The notes under the pieces are model-generated. The model was not told where the DNA came from. It did no database searches and worked only from the letters and a program-made list of their open reading frames with translations. From positions 448,001 through 512,000 of the forward strand of contig CBDCRW010000007.1 in NCBI GenBank assembly GCA_965221125.1: a DNA stretch of 64,000 nucleotides. Reading direction: 5' to 3'. Source of the stretch: Alphaproteobacteria bacterium (GTDB lineage Bacteria; Pseudomonadota; Alphaproteobacteria; UBA828). Below are positions 1 to 10,548 of the stretch, one piece after another. How positions within the stretch are numbered: the stretch's first letter is position 1; every line of letters begins with the position of its first letter. The position numbers and the translations under genes are program-made.

Positions 1-439
1 AGAGCGCCCGCTTGAACGGAACCACGTTCCGGGTGAGCTGATCGACGGGCGACCAGCGCCAGTCGCTGAACTCAGGGTGCGCGGTCCAGATGTCGATGTC
101 GGCATCGGTGCCGAGGAAGCGCGCGGCGAACCATTTCTGCTCCTGCCCCCGGTAGCGCCCGCGCCAGACCCGGCGCACCAGGTGCGGCGGCAGGTCGTAG
201 CGCAGCCACTCCCGCGTCTCGGCCAGGATCTCCACCTTGTCGGGCCTGACTCCGGTCTCTTCCTCGAGTTCCCGCAGCGCCGTGTCGCGCGGGTCCTCGC
301 CCCGGTCGATCCCGCCCTGCGGCATCTGCCAGGCTTCCTGCACCATGTCGATGCGTTTGCCGACGAAAACCTGCCGCTCCGCATTGAAGAGCAGCACGCC
401 GACGCAGGGGCGGTAGGGGAGGGCCTTTCGGCTGCTCAT
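1..439 (-). CDS. rppH: RNA pyrophosphohydrolase (Nudix), 3' end truncated by window edge
   Basis: Manual translation from ATG 439: [19 protein letters not shown]...[28 protein letters not shown] (Nudix box)...VVPFKRAL; lies downstream of ctpA. Confidence 0.9.
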   Translation of the reverse strand, partial: MSSRKALPYRPCVGVLLFNAERQVFVGKRIDMVQEAWQMPQGGIDRGEDPRDTALRELEEETGVRPDKVEILAETREWLRYDLPPHLVRRVWRGRYRGQEQKWFAARFLGTDADIDIWTAHPEFSDWRWSPVDQLTRNVVPFKRAL

Positions 440-484
440 GTGGGCAGCAAGGCCGGCTGACGGCGTCGACCGGCTGGAGCGAGC

Positions 485-1792
485 TCAGTTGACGGCCGAT
501 TTCCCGGAGAGGATGCGGGCGCCGCGTATCTGTTCGATCGCGCGGGCAAGCTGGTAGTCGCCCTCCGTCGGATCGTCCTCGGCTTCCTCCTGGGCTTCGT
601 CCGCGGCGGCGTCCGTCTCCTGGTCCTCGTCGACCTCGACGTCGACCCCGCCGTTGTCGAGGTGCCCCTGCAAATCCTCCTCCCGGTCCTCGGTCGCCGC
701 CTCCGGCTCGGGCCTGATCTGCTCCACGACGATATCCGGATCGATCCCCTGCTCCTGGATCGAGCGGCCTGACGGCGTGTAGTAGCGTGCCGTGGTGAGA
801 CGCAGCGCGCCGCGACCGCCGAGGGGAATCAGCGTCTGCACCGAGCCCTTGCCGAACGAGCGCGTGCCGAGGATGAGCGCCCGTCCGTGATCCTGCAGCG
901 CGCCCGCCACGATTTCCGATGCCGACGCCGAGCCGTTGTTGATCAGCACGACCAGCGGCAGGCCGTCGATGATGTCGCCCTCACGCGCGTTGAAGCGCAA
1001 CGCGCTGTCCGCTTCGCGCCCGCGGGTCGATACGATCTCGCCTTGATCCAGGAACGCGTCCGAGACCGCGACCGCCTGATCGAGAAGGCCGCCCGGGTTG
1101 TTGCGCAGGTCGAGCACGGCGCCCACCAGCTTCTCGCCCTGCTCCTCCCACAGGTCGTCCACGGCCTCGTCGAGATCGTCGGACGTGTGCTCGGAGAATG
1201 CGGATATCCGCGCGACGATGATCTCGTCGTCCACCACCCGCGCGCGCACCGAACGGATCTTGATGATGGCGCGGGTAATCGGAAATATCAGGTCTTCCTC
1301 CACGCCGTCGCGGCGGACCGTCAGCGTGATCTCGGAGTTGGCGGGGCCGCGCATCTTGTCGACCGCCTGCTGCAGCGTGAGCCCGAAGACCGGCTCGTCG
1401 TCGAGATGGGTGACCAGGTCGCCGGGCTCGATGCCTGCGCGCTCGGCCGGTGTGTCGTCGATGGGGGCGATCACCTTGACGAGGCCCCGCTCCATCGTGA
1501 CCTCGATGCCGAGGCCGCCGAACTCGCCCCGCGCCTGGACTTGCACTTCCTTGTAGCTCTTGGGGTTGTGGTACTTCGAATGCGGGTCGAGCGAGGCGAT
1601 CATGCCCTCGATGGCGGCCTCGATCAGCTCCGTCGTGCTCACGTCCTCGACGTAGCCGTCGCGGATACTCTCGAGGATGTCGCCGAACAGATCGAGTTGG
1701 TCGTAGGCTTCCCTGTCTTCCTGGGCGATCACGACTGCCGGATGGGTGATCGCCATCAAGCCGACAAAGGCGGCTACCAGAACTCTTCGCAT
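485..1792 (-). CDS. ctpA: Carboxy-terminal processing protease, S41 family
   Basis: Signal peptide from MRRVLVAA, PDZ region, LDLRNNPGGLL, SASASEIVAGALQD, FGKGSVQ motifs. Confidence 0.92.
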   Translation of the reverse strand: MRRVLVAAFVGLMAITHPAVVIAQEDREAYDQLDLFGDILESIRDGYVEDVSTTELIEAAIEGMIASLDPHSKYHNPKSYKEVQVQARGEFGGLGIEVTMERGLVKVIAPIDDTPAERAGIEPGDLVTHLDDEPVFGLTLQQAVDKMRGPANSEITLTVRRDGVEEDLIFPITRAIIKIRSVRARVVDDEIIVARISAFSEHTSDDLDEAVDDLWEEQGEKLVGAVLDLRNNPGGLLDQAVAVSDAFLDQGEIVSTRGREADSALRFNAREGDIIDGLPLVVLINNGSASASEIVAGALQDHGRALILGTRSFGKGSVQTLIPLGGRGALRLTTARYYTPSGRSIQEQGIDPDIVVEQIRPEPEAATEDREEDLQGHLDNGGVDVEVDEDQETDAAADEAQEEAEDDPTEGDYQLARAIEQIRGARILSGKSAVN

Positions 1793-1987
1793 TCCATCCC
1801 TCGACCGTGGCGCCGGGTGCCCAGCATCGGGCCGGCGCGTCTTTGGGGCCCTCGCCGGGGCAGCCACCGCCGCCGCTGGTCGGCGAGCGCTGGTAAAGCG
1901 CTGTCCCGACGGGCCGCACTGCGAGGCAGCCCATGATATCTCCCGCCAATCGATACGATCAACATGCGCGTCGCCGGATCTCCCCGC

Positions 1988-2521
1988 TCACGCGTCGGGC
2001 GGCGTGGGGGAGAGGGGCTCCACGCGTTGCTCCGCCGCCACGGCAGCAAGCAGCGACTCCGCGGTGGCGCCGGTCACGGGGTGACGCCAGTCCGGCGCGA
2101 CCTCGATGAGCGGGGCCAGCACGAATGCCCGCTGCGTGAGCCGCGGGTGGGGGAGGACGAGGGCCGGCCCGGCCCGGCCCCCGGCGCGGTCGACGATGCG
2201 GCCGTCATAGTCCAGGAGGTCGAGGTCGAGCGGGCGGGACGCGCCCGCAACGCCCCGCCTGCGCCCGAAGGCTGCTTCGATGGCAAGCAGGCGTTCCATG
2301 AGGGGCACGGGCGAGAGTGCCGTCTCGACCCGGACCACGCCGTTCACGAACCAGGGGCCCGAGGCCGGGGGCAGCGGCGCGCTGCGATACCAGCGCGAGC
2401 GCGCGACTGGCTGAATTTCGCAGTCCGCAAGCGCAGAGAGCGCGGCCTCCAGGCCCTCGGCCGGCGCGCCGTGGCGCGCGGTCGGCAGGTTTGCGCCGAG
2501 CGCAACCAGGATCATTGCCAC
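1988..2521 (-). CDS. folK: 2-amino-4-hydroxy-6-hydroxymethyldihydropteridine diphosphokinase
   Basis: ALGAN, FVNGV, RPLDLDLL, LPHPRL..RAFVL motifs. Confidence 0.92.
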   Translation of the reverse strand: MAMILVALGANLPTARHGAPAEGLEAALSALADCEIQPVARSRWYRSAPLPPASGPWFVNGVVRVETALSPVPLMERLLAIEAAFGRRRGVAGASRPLDLDLLDYDGRIVDRAGGRAGPALVLPHPRLTQRAFVLAPLIEVAPDWRHPVTGATAESLLAAVAAEQRVEPLSPTPPDA

Positions 2522-2676
2522 AATCCGCGTGCTGGCACTTGTCCCTCTCTCCGGAAATCCCTAGTTATGACGTGCCTACCGCACGGACCGTGACCGTGCA
2601 GCCGATTGGGCGGCACACCGGCAGGCGATAGCGTGTTCCCCGGCATTCTGCCTCACTTGACCGAGAAGGATAGACG

Positions 2677-3324
2677 TTGATGGAATTCAACCCGCAAGAG
2701 CGTGTCGGCCTCTTCATCGATGGCGCGAACCTGTACGCTGCGGCCCGTTCGCTCGGATTCGACATTGACTACAAGCGCCTGCGCGAGGAGTTCGCCGGCA
2801 AGGGCCGGCTCATCCGCGCGCTCTATTACACGGCGCTCGTCGAGGACCAGGAATACTCGCCCATCCGCCCGCTGGTCGATTGGCTCGACTACAACGGCTA
2901 CACCCTGGTCACGAAGCCGACCAAGGAATTCACCGACGCCATGGGCCGGCGCAAGGTCAAGGGCGACATGGATATCGAGATCGCGGTCGACATGATGGAG
3001 CTGTCGGGCGCGCTCGACCATATCGTGCTGTTCTCCGGCGACGGCGATTTTCGGCGCGTGATCGAGGCGGTGCAGCGCAAGGGCGTGCTGGTGACGGTCG
3101 TCAGCACCATCCGCTCGCAGCCGCCCATGATCGCCGACGAGCTGCGCCGCCAGGCGGACAACTTCATCGAACTGCAGGAGCTCGAGACCCTGATCGCGCG
3201 CGAGCCCAAGTGGCGGAACGAACGCGCCCGTGCCCTGCGCGAGCCGATGGAGGACGAGTACGGCGGCTACGACGACGAGGGCGACGAGGACGACATGGCC
3301 GACGAGATCGCGCACACGGTGTGA
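2677..3324 (+). CDS. NYN domain (LabA/DUF88) protein
   Basis: FIDGANLY, KGDMDIEIAVD, FSGDGDF motifs; conserved position between folK and UDG. Confidence 0.9.
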   Translation: MMEFNPQERVGLFIDGANLYAAARSLGFDIDYKRLREEFAGKGRLIRALYYTALVEDQEYSPIRPLVDWLDYNGYTLVTKPTKEFTDAMGRRKVKGDMDIEIAVDMMELSGALDHIVLFSGDGDFRRVIEAVQRKGVLVTVVSTIRSQPPMIADELRRQADNFIELQELETLIAREPKWRNERARALREPMEDEYGGYDDEGDEDDMADEIAHTV

Positions 3325-3983
3325 GCGCGCCGCTGCAGGTTCCGCCCGCGCCGGGGCGGGACTGCGACCGATGCCCGCGGCTCGCCGCCTTTCGCGAGGA
3401 GCACCGGGCAAAGGAGCCGCACTGGCACAACGCCCCGGTGCCGAGCTTCGGCGGCCTTGACGCCCGGCTCCTGATCGTCGGCCTCGCGCCCGGCCTGCGC
3501 GGGGCCAACCGCACGGGCCGGCCATTCACCGGCGACTTCGCCGGCGACCTGCTCTACGCGACCCTCGGCGAATTCGGCTTCGCGGCCGGTGCCTACGGCG
3601 CCACGCCGGGCGACGGCCTCGCGCTGCGCGATTGCCGCATCACCAATGCCGTCCGCTGCGTGCCGCCGCAAAACAAGCCCAATGCGGCCGAGATCGCGGC
3701 CTGTCGCGGCTTCCTCGAGGCGGAAATCGAAGCGATGACCGGCCTTCGCGCCATTCTCGCGCTGGGGCAGGTGGCGCACGGCGCCGTGCTGAAGACGCTG
3801 GGTCTGCGCGCCGGCGCTCACGGCTTCGCCCACGGGGCGGTGCATTGCCTGGGGGACGGCCGGCGGCTCTTCGACAGCTATCACTGCTCGCGCCTCAACA
3901 CGAACACGGGGCGGCTCACGCCTGCGATGTTCGCCGACGTGTTCGCCGCCATTCGCCGCGCAATCGACGAGACGGGCTCGTAG
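3321..3983 (+). CDS. Uracil-DNA glycosylase (Fe-S, family 4/5-like)
   Basis: GTG 3321 overlaps the NYN stop (GTGA); CDRCPRL, VGLAPGLRGANRTGRPFTGD, NAVRCVPPQNKP, SYHCSRLNT. Confidence 0.9.
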   Translation: MSAPLQVPPAPGRDCDRCPRLAAFREEHRAKEPHWHNAPVPSFGGLDARLLIVGLAPGLRGANRTGRPFTGDFAGDLLYATLGEFGFAAGAYGATPGDGLALRDCRITNAVRCVPPQNKPNAAEIAACRGFLEAEIEAMTGLRAILALGQVAHGAVLKTLGLRAGAHGFAHGAVHCLGDGRRLFDSYHCSRLNTNTGRLTPAMFADVFAAIRRAIDETGS

Positions 3984-3994
3984 GGCAGGCGGGA

Positions 3995-4468
3995 CTACCC
4001 CCGGTCGCGGACCAGCCGCTCCTTCTGGCGCTTCCAGTCGCGCTCCTTCTCGGCGGCACGCTTGTCGTACTTGCGCTTGCCGGAGGCCAAGGCGAGCGCG
4101 ACCTTGGCGACGCCGCGGTCGTTGAAATAGAGGGTGAGCGGTACGAGGGTCACGCCGCCGCGCCTGAGCGCGCCCACGAGCTTGCGGATCTCGCGCTTGT
4201 GCAGGAGCAGCTTGCGCGGCCGCATGGGGTCGTGATTGAAGGTGCCGGCGCCCTCGTACTGGGAGATGTGGGCGTTTATCAGGAAGACCTCGCCGCCGCG
4301 CTCGGCGGCGTAGGCATCGTTGATGTTGGCGCGGCCCGCCCGGAGCGACTTGACCTCGGTGCCGGTGAGCTGAATGCCGACCTCGAAGGGCCGCTCGAGG
4401 TGGTAGTCCCGGCGAGCCTTGCGATTCTGCGCGATTCGCTTGCCGCCGGGGGCGGCATTGCCGCTCAC
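3995..4468 (-). CDS. smpB: SsrA-binding protein
   Basis: IAQNRKARRDY, GTEVKSLR, RKLLLHKREI, GKRKYDKR. Confidence 0.96.
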   Translation of the reverse strand: MSGNAAPGGKRIAQNRKARRDYHLERPFEVGIQLTGTEVKSLRAGRANINDAYAAERGGEVFLINAHISQYEGAGTFNHDPMRPRKLLLHKREIRKLVGALRRGGVTLVPLTLYFNDRGVAKVALALASGKRKYDKRAAEKERDWKRQKERLVRDRG

Positions 4469-4508
4469 GGCGCGGGCCTCTCTGCGGGATGCGGCCTGAG
4501 CGCTGCGC

Positions 4509-5384
4509 TCAGTTGAGGACGCCGACCTGGCGCATCGCCGATTCGATCCGCTCGCGATTGGCCTCGCTGGGCGAGGTCAGCGGCAGCCGCACCTCCGGCT
4601 CGCACTTGCCGAGCAGCGAGGCGGCGTACTTGACCGGAATCGGGTTGCTCTCGACGAACAGCGTGTCGTGCAGCGGCATGAGCTGCGTGTGGCGGTCGAG
4701 CGCCTCGCCGGCATCGCCCCGCTCCCACGCGGCGAAGAAGCCCGCGCACTGGCGCGGCGCCACGTTGGCCGTGACCGAGATGCAGCCGTCGCCGCCCTGC
4801 GCGAGGAAGCCGATGATCGTGCCGTCCTCGCCCGAGAGCTGGCAGAACTCCTCGCCGATCGCGTTCCTGGTGCGGGTGGGCCGGGCCAGGTCGGCGGTCG
4901 CGTCCTTCACGCCCACGACGTTGGGGAGTTCGGCGAGCCGCGCCATCGTCTCGACCGACATGTCCACGACGCTCCGCCCCGGGATGTTGTAAATGATCTG
5001 CGGGATGTCCACGGCGTCGTTGACGGCCTTGTAGTGGGCGTACATGCCCTCTTGCGCCGGCTTGTTGTAATAGGGCATGACCAGCAGCGCGCCATCTGCG
5101 CCGGCGTCCTTGGCGTGGCGGGTGAGGCTGATCGCTTCCTCGGTCGAGTTGGACCCCGTGCCGGCCACGACCGGAACCCGCCCTGCCGCGACCTCGATGC
5201 AGATCTCGGTCACGCGGCGGTGTTCCTCGTGGCTGAGGGTCGGCGATTCACCCGTGGTTCCGCAGGGCACGAGCCCGGCGGCGCCCTCATCGATCTGCCA
5301 GGCGACGAAATCACGATAGGCGTCTTCGTCCACCTCGCCATTGCGGAACGGCGTGATCAGGGCCGTCAGGTATCCCTGGAACAT
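4509..5384 (-). CDS. dapA: 4-hydroxy-tetrahydrodipicolinate synthase
   Basis: Start [13 protein letters not shown]; [28 protein letters not shown]. Confidence 0.95.
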   Translation of the reverse strand: MFQGYLTALITPFRNGEVDEDAYRDFVAWQIDEGAAGLVPCGTTGESPTLSHEEHRRVTEICIEVAAGRVPVVAGTGSNSTEEAISLTRHAKDAGADGALLVMPYYNKPAQEGMYAHYKAVNDAVDIPQIIYNIPGRSVVDMSVETMARLAELPNVVGVKDATADLARPTRTRNAIGEEFCQLSGEDGTIIGFLAQGGDGCISVTANVAPRQCAGFFAAWERGDAGEALDRHTQLMPLHDTLFVESNPIPVKYAASLLGKCEPEVRLPLTSPSEANRERIESAMRQVGVLN

Positions 5385-5511
5385 GCCACGCTCCCATGGT
5401 CGTAAGTTGGCGTTCCGGCGAGAATAGGTTGACAGCATTATGGGAACAAGGCCGCGTCCAAAGCCCACCCTCCTGAGCCACTTGCGCGAGGCCGTGAGAT
5501 GGGCCCGGCGG

Positions 5512-7650
5512 ATGCTCCTCGTCCCGGCGCTCGTGCTCCTGCCGGCGGTCTCCGGCGCGCCTCTGCCGGCGGAGGCGGATACGCCCATGCCGCCGGCCAT
5601 AGGCCGGGCGGATATCGCCCTCTACGTCGATGCGTTCAGGGCCGCGGCGCGCGACAACTGGCGCCACGCCCATCGTCTGGCCCGGAGGGCCGACGACCCG
5701 CTGGGCGCCACGATCCTGCAATGGTGGGACTACAGCCGGCCGGGCAGCACGGCCTCGTTCGACGAGATTGCGCGGTTCATGGACGAGCGCCCGGACTGGC
5801 CGGACCAGAGGCTGCTCCAGGTGAATGCGGAAGCGGCGATGGCAGACGGCGTCTCCGATGCCGAGGTCATCGCCTGGTATCACTGGCGGGATCCCGTCAG
5901 CGCCCCCGGCCGGCTCCGCTATGCCGATGCCCTGCTGGCGAGAGGCGAGGACGAGCGCGCGGCCGCGCTGGTTCGCACGGCATGGGTCGAAGGTTCCTTC
6001 AGCGCGCAGGAGCTGCGCGAGACCTATCGCCGCTACCGCTCGCTGCTGCGGCGGGAGGATCACATCGCGCGCCTCGACCGCCTGGTGTGGGCGAATTACG
6101 GCCGCGCGGCGCGGCGCATGTACCGCTACGTCGACGAGGGGTATCAGCTGCTGGCGGAGGCGCGGCTCACGCTCCGCGCGCGCCAGGGCGGGGTGGACCG
6201 CGCCATCCAGCGGGTGCCGCGCGAGCTTCGCGACCATCCGGGGCTGGTCTACGAGCGCCTGCGCTGGCGCCGCGCCAAGGGCCGCGACGACGATGCCTAC
6301 GCCCTCTTGCGCTCGCCGCCGCGTGAGCTCGGACCCCGACCCAAGCTCTGGTGGCGGGAACGCGCCATTCTGTTGCGCCGTGCGCTCGAGGACGGTCAGA
6401 CCCGGCGGGCCTATGCGCTCGCCGCGGGGCACAGCCAGACCGCCGCCTCGACCTACTCGGAGGCGGAGTGGCTTGCCGGCTGGATCGCGCTTCGCTTCCT
6501 CGACGACGCGCGCCTGGCGTTCCCCCATTTCGTGAACATGCATGGTGCGGTGACCATGCCGATCAGCCGCACGCGCGGCGCCTACTGGGCGGGCCGGGCC
6601 GCGGACGCATTCGGCGACCGGGACGGCGCGCACCTCTGGTACGAGAGGGCGGCGGCCTATCCTTGCGCCTTCTACGGCCAGCTCGCCCTGGCGCAGATCG
6701 CCGCACGAGATGCGCCACTGTTCGGCACCGCCGCTCCCGCTACGGAAGCCGCGCCGACACTCAACGGGCATCCGCTGGTCGCTGCCGTGCGCTTCCTGAC
6801 ATTCCTCGGCCGCGACTATCTCGCCGAGCCCTTCTACGACCGCCTGAGCCGGCTCGCGCGCAACGAAGCGGATCACGCAGAGATCGCGGCGCTCGCGCAC
6901 TCCGTGGGCAAGCCCGATCAGGCGATCCGGGCCGCCCAGCAGGCCGCGCGGGACGGCTACGTCTCCATCGACCGCCTGTTCCCGCTGGTCGACGTGCCGT
7001 TTGCCAGGAACAACGGCGACCTCGAACATGCGCTGGTGCTGGCGCTGATCCGCCAGGAGAGCCGCTTCGACAAGCAGGCGCGGAGCAGCGCAGGCGCGCT
7101 CGGCCTGATGCAGCTCATGCCGCGGACCGCGCGAAGCGTCGCCCGCAGCATGGGACTCAGCGAGTCCAGCAGGCGCCTCACATCCAGCGCCACCCACAAC
7201 ATCGCCCTCGGCAGCCGCTACCTCGACGACCTGATCGAGCGCTATGACGGATCGTACCTGCTGGCCGTCGCCGCCTATAATGGGGGCCCGCGCAACGTCG
7301 CCCGCTGGATCGCGGCCAACGGCGACCCCCGGCACGACGCGGACGTGGACATCATCGACTGGATCGAAATGATCCCGATCCCGGAGACGCGAAACTACGT
7401 TCAGCGGGTGCTGGAAGGGACGCAGGTCTACCGTCGGCAGCTCGGCCGGCGGCCGACCGCATCGAGCCTGGAGCGGGATCTCACGCGCGGCGGCTCCCGG
7501 CGCACGGTGGTGCTCACGTGCAGGCCAGGCGACGACGGTGCCTTGCCTGAGCGCTGCCGGACTGCGACCGATGACGTCGTGCTGCCCGTCGACCGCCCGG
7601 ATCGTCGCGGGAACGATCGCTCAGGGTTGCGGTGGCGGAGACTCTCATGA
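5512..7650 (+). CDS. Soluble lytic murein transglycosylase (Slt70-like)
   Basis: [33 protein letters not shown]; divergent from dapA; start uncertain (5440 or 5512). Confidence 0.9.
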   Translation: MLLVPALVLLPAVSGAPLPAEADTPMPPAIGRADIALYVDAFRAAARDNWRHAHRLARRADDPLGATILQWWDYSRPGSTASFDEIARFMDERPDWPDQRLLQVNAEAAMADGVSDAEVIAWYHWRDPVSAPGRLRYADALLARGEDERAAALVRTAWVEGSFSAQELRETYRRYRSLLRREDHIARLDRLVWANYGRAARRMYRYVDEGYQLLAEARLTLRARQGGVDRAIQRVPRELRDHPGLVYERLRWRRAKGRDDDAYALLRSPPRELGPRPKLWWRERAILLRRALEDGQTRRAYALAAGHSQTAASTYSEAEWLAGWIALRFLDDARLAFPHFVNMHGAVTMPISRTRGAYWAGRAADAFGDRDGAHLWYERAAAYPCAFYGQLALAQIAARDAPLFGTAAPATEAAPTLNGHPLVAAVRFLTFLGRDYLAEPFYDRLSRLARNEADHAEIAALAHSVGKPDQAIRAAQQAARDGYVSIDRLFPLVDVPFARNNGDLEHALVLALIRQESRFDKQARSSAGALGLMQLMPRTARSVARSMGLSESSRRLTSSATHNIALGSRYLDDLIERYDGSYLLAVAAYNGGPRNVARWIAANGDPRHDADVDIIDWIEMIPIPETRNYVQRVLEGTQVYRRQLGRRPTASSLERDLTRGGSRRTVVLTCRPGDDGALPERCRTATDDVVLPVDRPDRRGNDRSGLRWRRLS

Positions 7651-8663
7651 GCGATACGGGAGAGCCGCTGCCGACTCCTGCCGATGTGCATGCGGCTGCG
7701 GACCGCCTCGCCGGGCACACGGTCGAGACGCCGCTGCTGCGCTCCGACGCCCTCGATGAGCGGATCGGCGGGCTGCTGCTGCTCAAGGCGGAGCCGCTGC
7801 AGCGCACCGGCTCGTTCAAGTTCCGGGGCGCCTGCAACCGGCTGCTGCAGTTGGCTGCGGATGCCGGGGCCGGCGGCGTGGTGGCCTATTCCTCGGGCAA
7901 CCATGCGCAGGCGGTCGCGGCTGCCGCAAATCTCGTCGGCGTGCCGGCGGTCATCGTCATGCCGAGGGATGCGCCGGCGGTGAAGATCGCGGGCACGCGC
8001 CGTCACGGGGCGGAGGTCGTGCTCTACGATCGGGCCAGCGAGGCGCGCGAGGCGCTGGGCAAGCGCATCGCGGTGGAGCGGGGGGCGACACTGGTCAAGC
8101 CCTACGACGATTTCCATGTCATCGCCGGGCAGGGGACCGTGGGGCACGAGATCGTGCGCCAGTGCGGCGCCATCGGCTGCCGGCCCGATGCCGTGGTCGT
8201 GCCCGCAGGCGGCGGCGGGCTGATGGCCGGCACGTCGCTCGCCATCGCCGATGCCTGGCCGGAGGCGCACCTGCACACCGCCGAGCCGGAAGGCTACGAC
8301 GACCACGCCATGTCGTTCGAGCGTGGCGAGCGCGTCGGCCTCTCCGGCTCCGGGCCCGCCAGTCTCTGCGACGCGCTCTTCGCGCCGAAGCCCGGCGCGC
8401 TCACCTTCCCGATCAACGTGGAGCGGGTGCGGAGCGGCGTGGTCGTCAGCGACGACGAGGTCGGCGCGGCCATGCGGGCGGCGTTCCTGCACCTCAAGCT
8501 CGTGGTCGAGCCGGGAGGCGCGGCGGCGCTCGCGGCAGTGCTAGCAGGCAAGGTCCCCACCGCCGGGCGCACGGTGGTGGCGGTGCTCTCCGGCGGCAAC
8601 GTCGATCCCGCCGTCTTTCGCGCCGTGCTGGATCAGGGCGATGACCCTGCCGCCGCGACCTAG
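7647..8663 (+). CDS. Threonine/serine dehydratase-like PLP enzyme
   Basis: LQRTGSFKFRGA, SSGNHAQ, GGGGL, SGGNVD; ATGA overlap with the slt stop. Confidence 0.9.
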   Translation: MSDTGEPLPTPADVHAAADRLAGHTVETPLLRSDALDERIGGLLLLKAEPLQRTGSFKFRGACNRLLQLAADAGAGGVVAYSSGNHAQAVAAAANLVGVPAVIVMPRDAPAVKIAGTRRHGAEVVLYDRASEAREALGKRIAVERGATLVKPYDDFHVIAGQGTVGHEIVRQCGAIGCRPDAVVVPAGGGGLMAGTSLAIADAWPEAHLHTAEPEGYDDHAMSFERGERVGLSGSGPASLCDALFAPKPGALTFPINVERVRSGVVVSDDEVGAAMRAAFLHLKLVVEPGGAAALAAVLAGKVPTAGRTVVAVLSGGNVDPAVFRAVLDQGDDPAAAT

Positions 8664-8667
8664 CCGG

Positions 8668-9507
8668 ATGAAACGGCGGGTCCTCGCGAGTCGAGTTGCG
8701 ACGGCCGTGATCGCGCTGCTCTTGACCCTCCCCGCCGTGCAGGGCTGTGCGGTCCTGGAACGCCTCACGGATGAGGAGATAACCTCCCTCGAAGATATTC
8801 CGCCGGTGGAGAGCCGGGGCGCCGACTGGCCGGTCCTGCCGCGCGAGGGCGGGGAGGACGGCTACGACGATCCCCTGGAGGACGTGAACCAAGTCTTTTT
8901 CTACATGAACGGTGCGCTCGACTTCCTCCTTCTGGAGCCGATCGCGCAGTTCTACCGCGGCATGATGCCGACGGACGCGCGCCACGCGATTAGCCGGGCC
9001 TTCACCAATCTGGCTGAGCCGATCGTCGTTGCGAATCACCTGCTGCAGCTCGAAGGGCGCCGCGCGGGCACCAGTCTCGGCCGCTTCGTCGTTAACAGTA
9101 CCGCAGGCGTGGCGGGCCTCTTCGACGTGGCGACCGATGTGGGGCTTGCCGCCGACGACGCGGACTTCGGCCAGACGCTCCACCACTACGGGATCAGCAG
9201 CGGCCCCTATATCGTGCTGCCCATCTTCGGCCCGACCACGGTGCGGGACGCCATAGGCTTCGGCGTGGACGGCCTGCTCGATCCCCGCACCTACGTGCTC
9301 GCGCCGACGCAGCTCCTGGCGGCCACCGTGAGCGAAGGCGTCGTCCGCCGGGAGGAGGTGATCGACCCGGTCAACTTCCTGAGGGTGCACGCCGCCGATC
9401 CCTACGACGCCGTGCGCGCCTGGAACTACCAGGAGCGCCAGCGCGAGCTTACCGGCGGCTGCACCGAGCCGAAGTACGTGATCTGCCCCGGCTATTCGCC
9501 GGAGTAG
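8668..9507 (+). CDS. mlaA: MlaA/VacJ family lipoprotein
   Basis: Lipobox VQGC; DPLEDVN, GRFVVNST.GVAGLFDVA, DFGQTL, GPYIVLPIFGPTTVRD. Confidence 0.88.
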   Translation: MKRRVLASRVATAVIALLLTLPAVQGCAVLERLTDEEITSLEDIPPVESRGADWPVLPREGGEDGYDDPLEDVNQVFFYMNGALDFLLLEPIAQFYRGMMPTDARHAISRAFTNLAEPIVVANHLLQLEGRRAGTSLGRFVVNSTAGVAGLFDVATDVGLAADDADFGQTLHHYGISSGPYIVLPIFGPTTVRDAIGFGVDGLLDPRTYVLAPTQLLAATVSEGVVRREEVIDPVNFLRVHAADPYDAVRAWNYQERQRELTGGCTEPKYVICPGYSPE

Positions 9508-9534
9508 GGTCGTTGCCCCGAGGGATCGATCCGC

Positions 9535-10203
9535 TCAGAGCGGGCCGTCGCCGCCGGGATAGCAGAACGAGGCGCGTGGCGCGTAGAAGCCGAAGGTGAC
9601 CTCCAGCGGCGTCGCCGGGCGGAGCGCATGGCACGAGTGGTCCGGCGCCAGGAACTCGAGCGAGAGAAGCTCGAAGCCGTCCGCAAGCTCGCCCACGTAG
9701 GCGTAGTTGCCGCTCATCAGCCGGCCGTCCACGGCGGTGATGTAGCGCAGGTGACCGCGCGCGGTCTCGCCGATGCCGCCGCCGACGCGCGCCCGGCTGC
9801 GGATGATCGCCCGGTCGTCGCCGTCGTAGGTGGTGGCGGTCGCCTCGTCGCCGTCGAGTTCGAGGGTCGTGCGGCCCGGCACCGCCGGCACGCCTCGCTT
9901 CGCCGCGTAGTCCCGCATCACGGCGTTCGAGTTGAGATAGTGGCTCCACCAGCGGCCGGGCGTGCCGTCCTCCAGGTCGAGGCCGGCGAGATCGAGGCCG
10001 GCGTAGGTGAGCGAGTAGGCGCCGAAGCGCGAGGTCTGCTCGTCCCTGTCCACGACATACTGGTTGATGAAGATCGCCTGGTTCTCGGCCGGCGTGAGGC
10101 CGTCCGGCAGCAGGGCGGCCGCCGCCGCCGGGTCTTCCGGCACCCAGCAGAAGTAGAGCATCCGGGAATTGACGATCAGTTGCGGTGCGAGCGGTAGTGC
10201 CAC
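9535..10203 (-). CDS. Acetoacetate decarboxylase-like fold protein
   Basis: AAALLPDGLTP N-terminal pattern and host-like codon usage; family call from memory only. Confidence 0.55.
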   Translation of the reverse strand: MALPLAPQLIVNSRMLYFCWVPEDPAAAAALLPDGLTPAENQAIFINQYVVDRDEQTSRFGAYSLTYAGLDLAGLDLEDGTPGRWWSHYLNSNAVMRDYAAKRGVPAVPGRTTLELDGDEATATTYDGDDRAIIRSRARVGGGIGETARGHLRYITAVDGRLMSGNYAYVGELADGFELLSLEFLAPDHSCHALRPATPLEVTFGFYAPRASFCYPGGDGPL

Positions 10204-10206
10204 GAC

Positions 10207-10479
10207 CTAATCCCCCTTCCAATTGCGTATGCGTTCTGCAAGTTCGGCCCCACTTCTGATGATGTGCGGATTCTCCTTTAGGCGTGGGTGTTTCTGCTTG
10301 GGAGCGTATCCTGTGGGTTCTCCCGTCTTGACGCTGACCACCCACGAGGCTCTTGCGCATTTGTCCCCAAGTTGTTGCCCGACGGATTGTGGTGGGGCAT
10401 CGATGACCTCGCCAACTGCCTTATAGGTGCAGCGGACGCGGGCGGCGTTAAGGAAGCTCAGGATGTCCTCTATCGACAT
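10207..10479 (-). CDS. Small lower-GC hypothetical protein, possible MGMT/ATL-like HTH
   Basis: 90 aa with upstream AAGGAGG; TYKAVGEVIDAPPQSVGQQLG resembles the TYG.IA...PRAVG..L helix-turn-helix. Confidence 0.6.
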   Translation of the reverse strand: MSIEDILSFLNAARVRCTYKAVGEVIDAPPQSVGQQLGDKCARASWVVSVKTGEPTGYAPKQKHPRLKENPHIIRSGAELAERIRNWKGD

Positions 10480-10548
10480 AGGACCGTCCCAAGCCTCCTT
10501 GCGCCCTTCACCAATGCCCTAGCTGGTACTAAGCCGTCCCGCAGCAGT

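Noticed and set aside
3995-4468. tmRNA/tRNA near smpB or DUF192
   Set aside because: Intergenic gaps are short and no T-loop/acceptor-stem pattern was seen.
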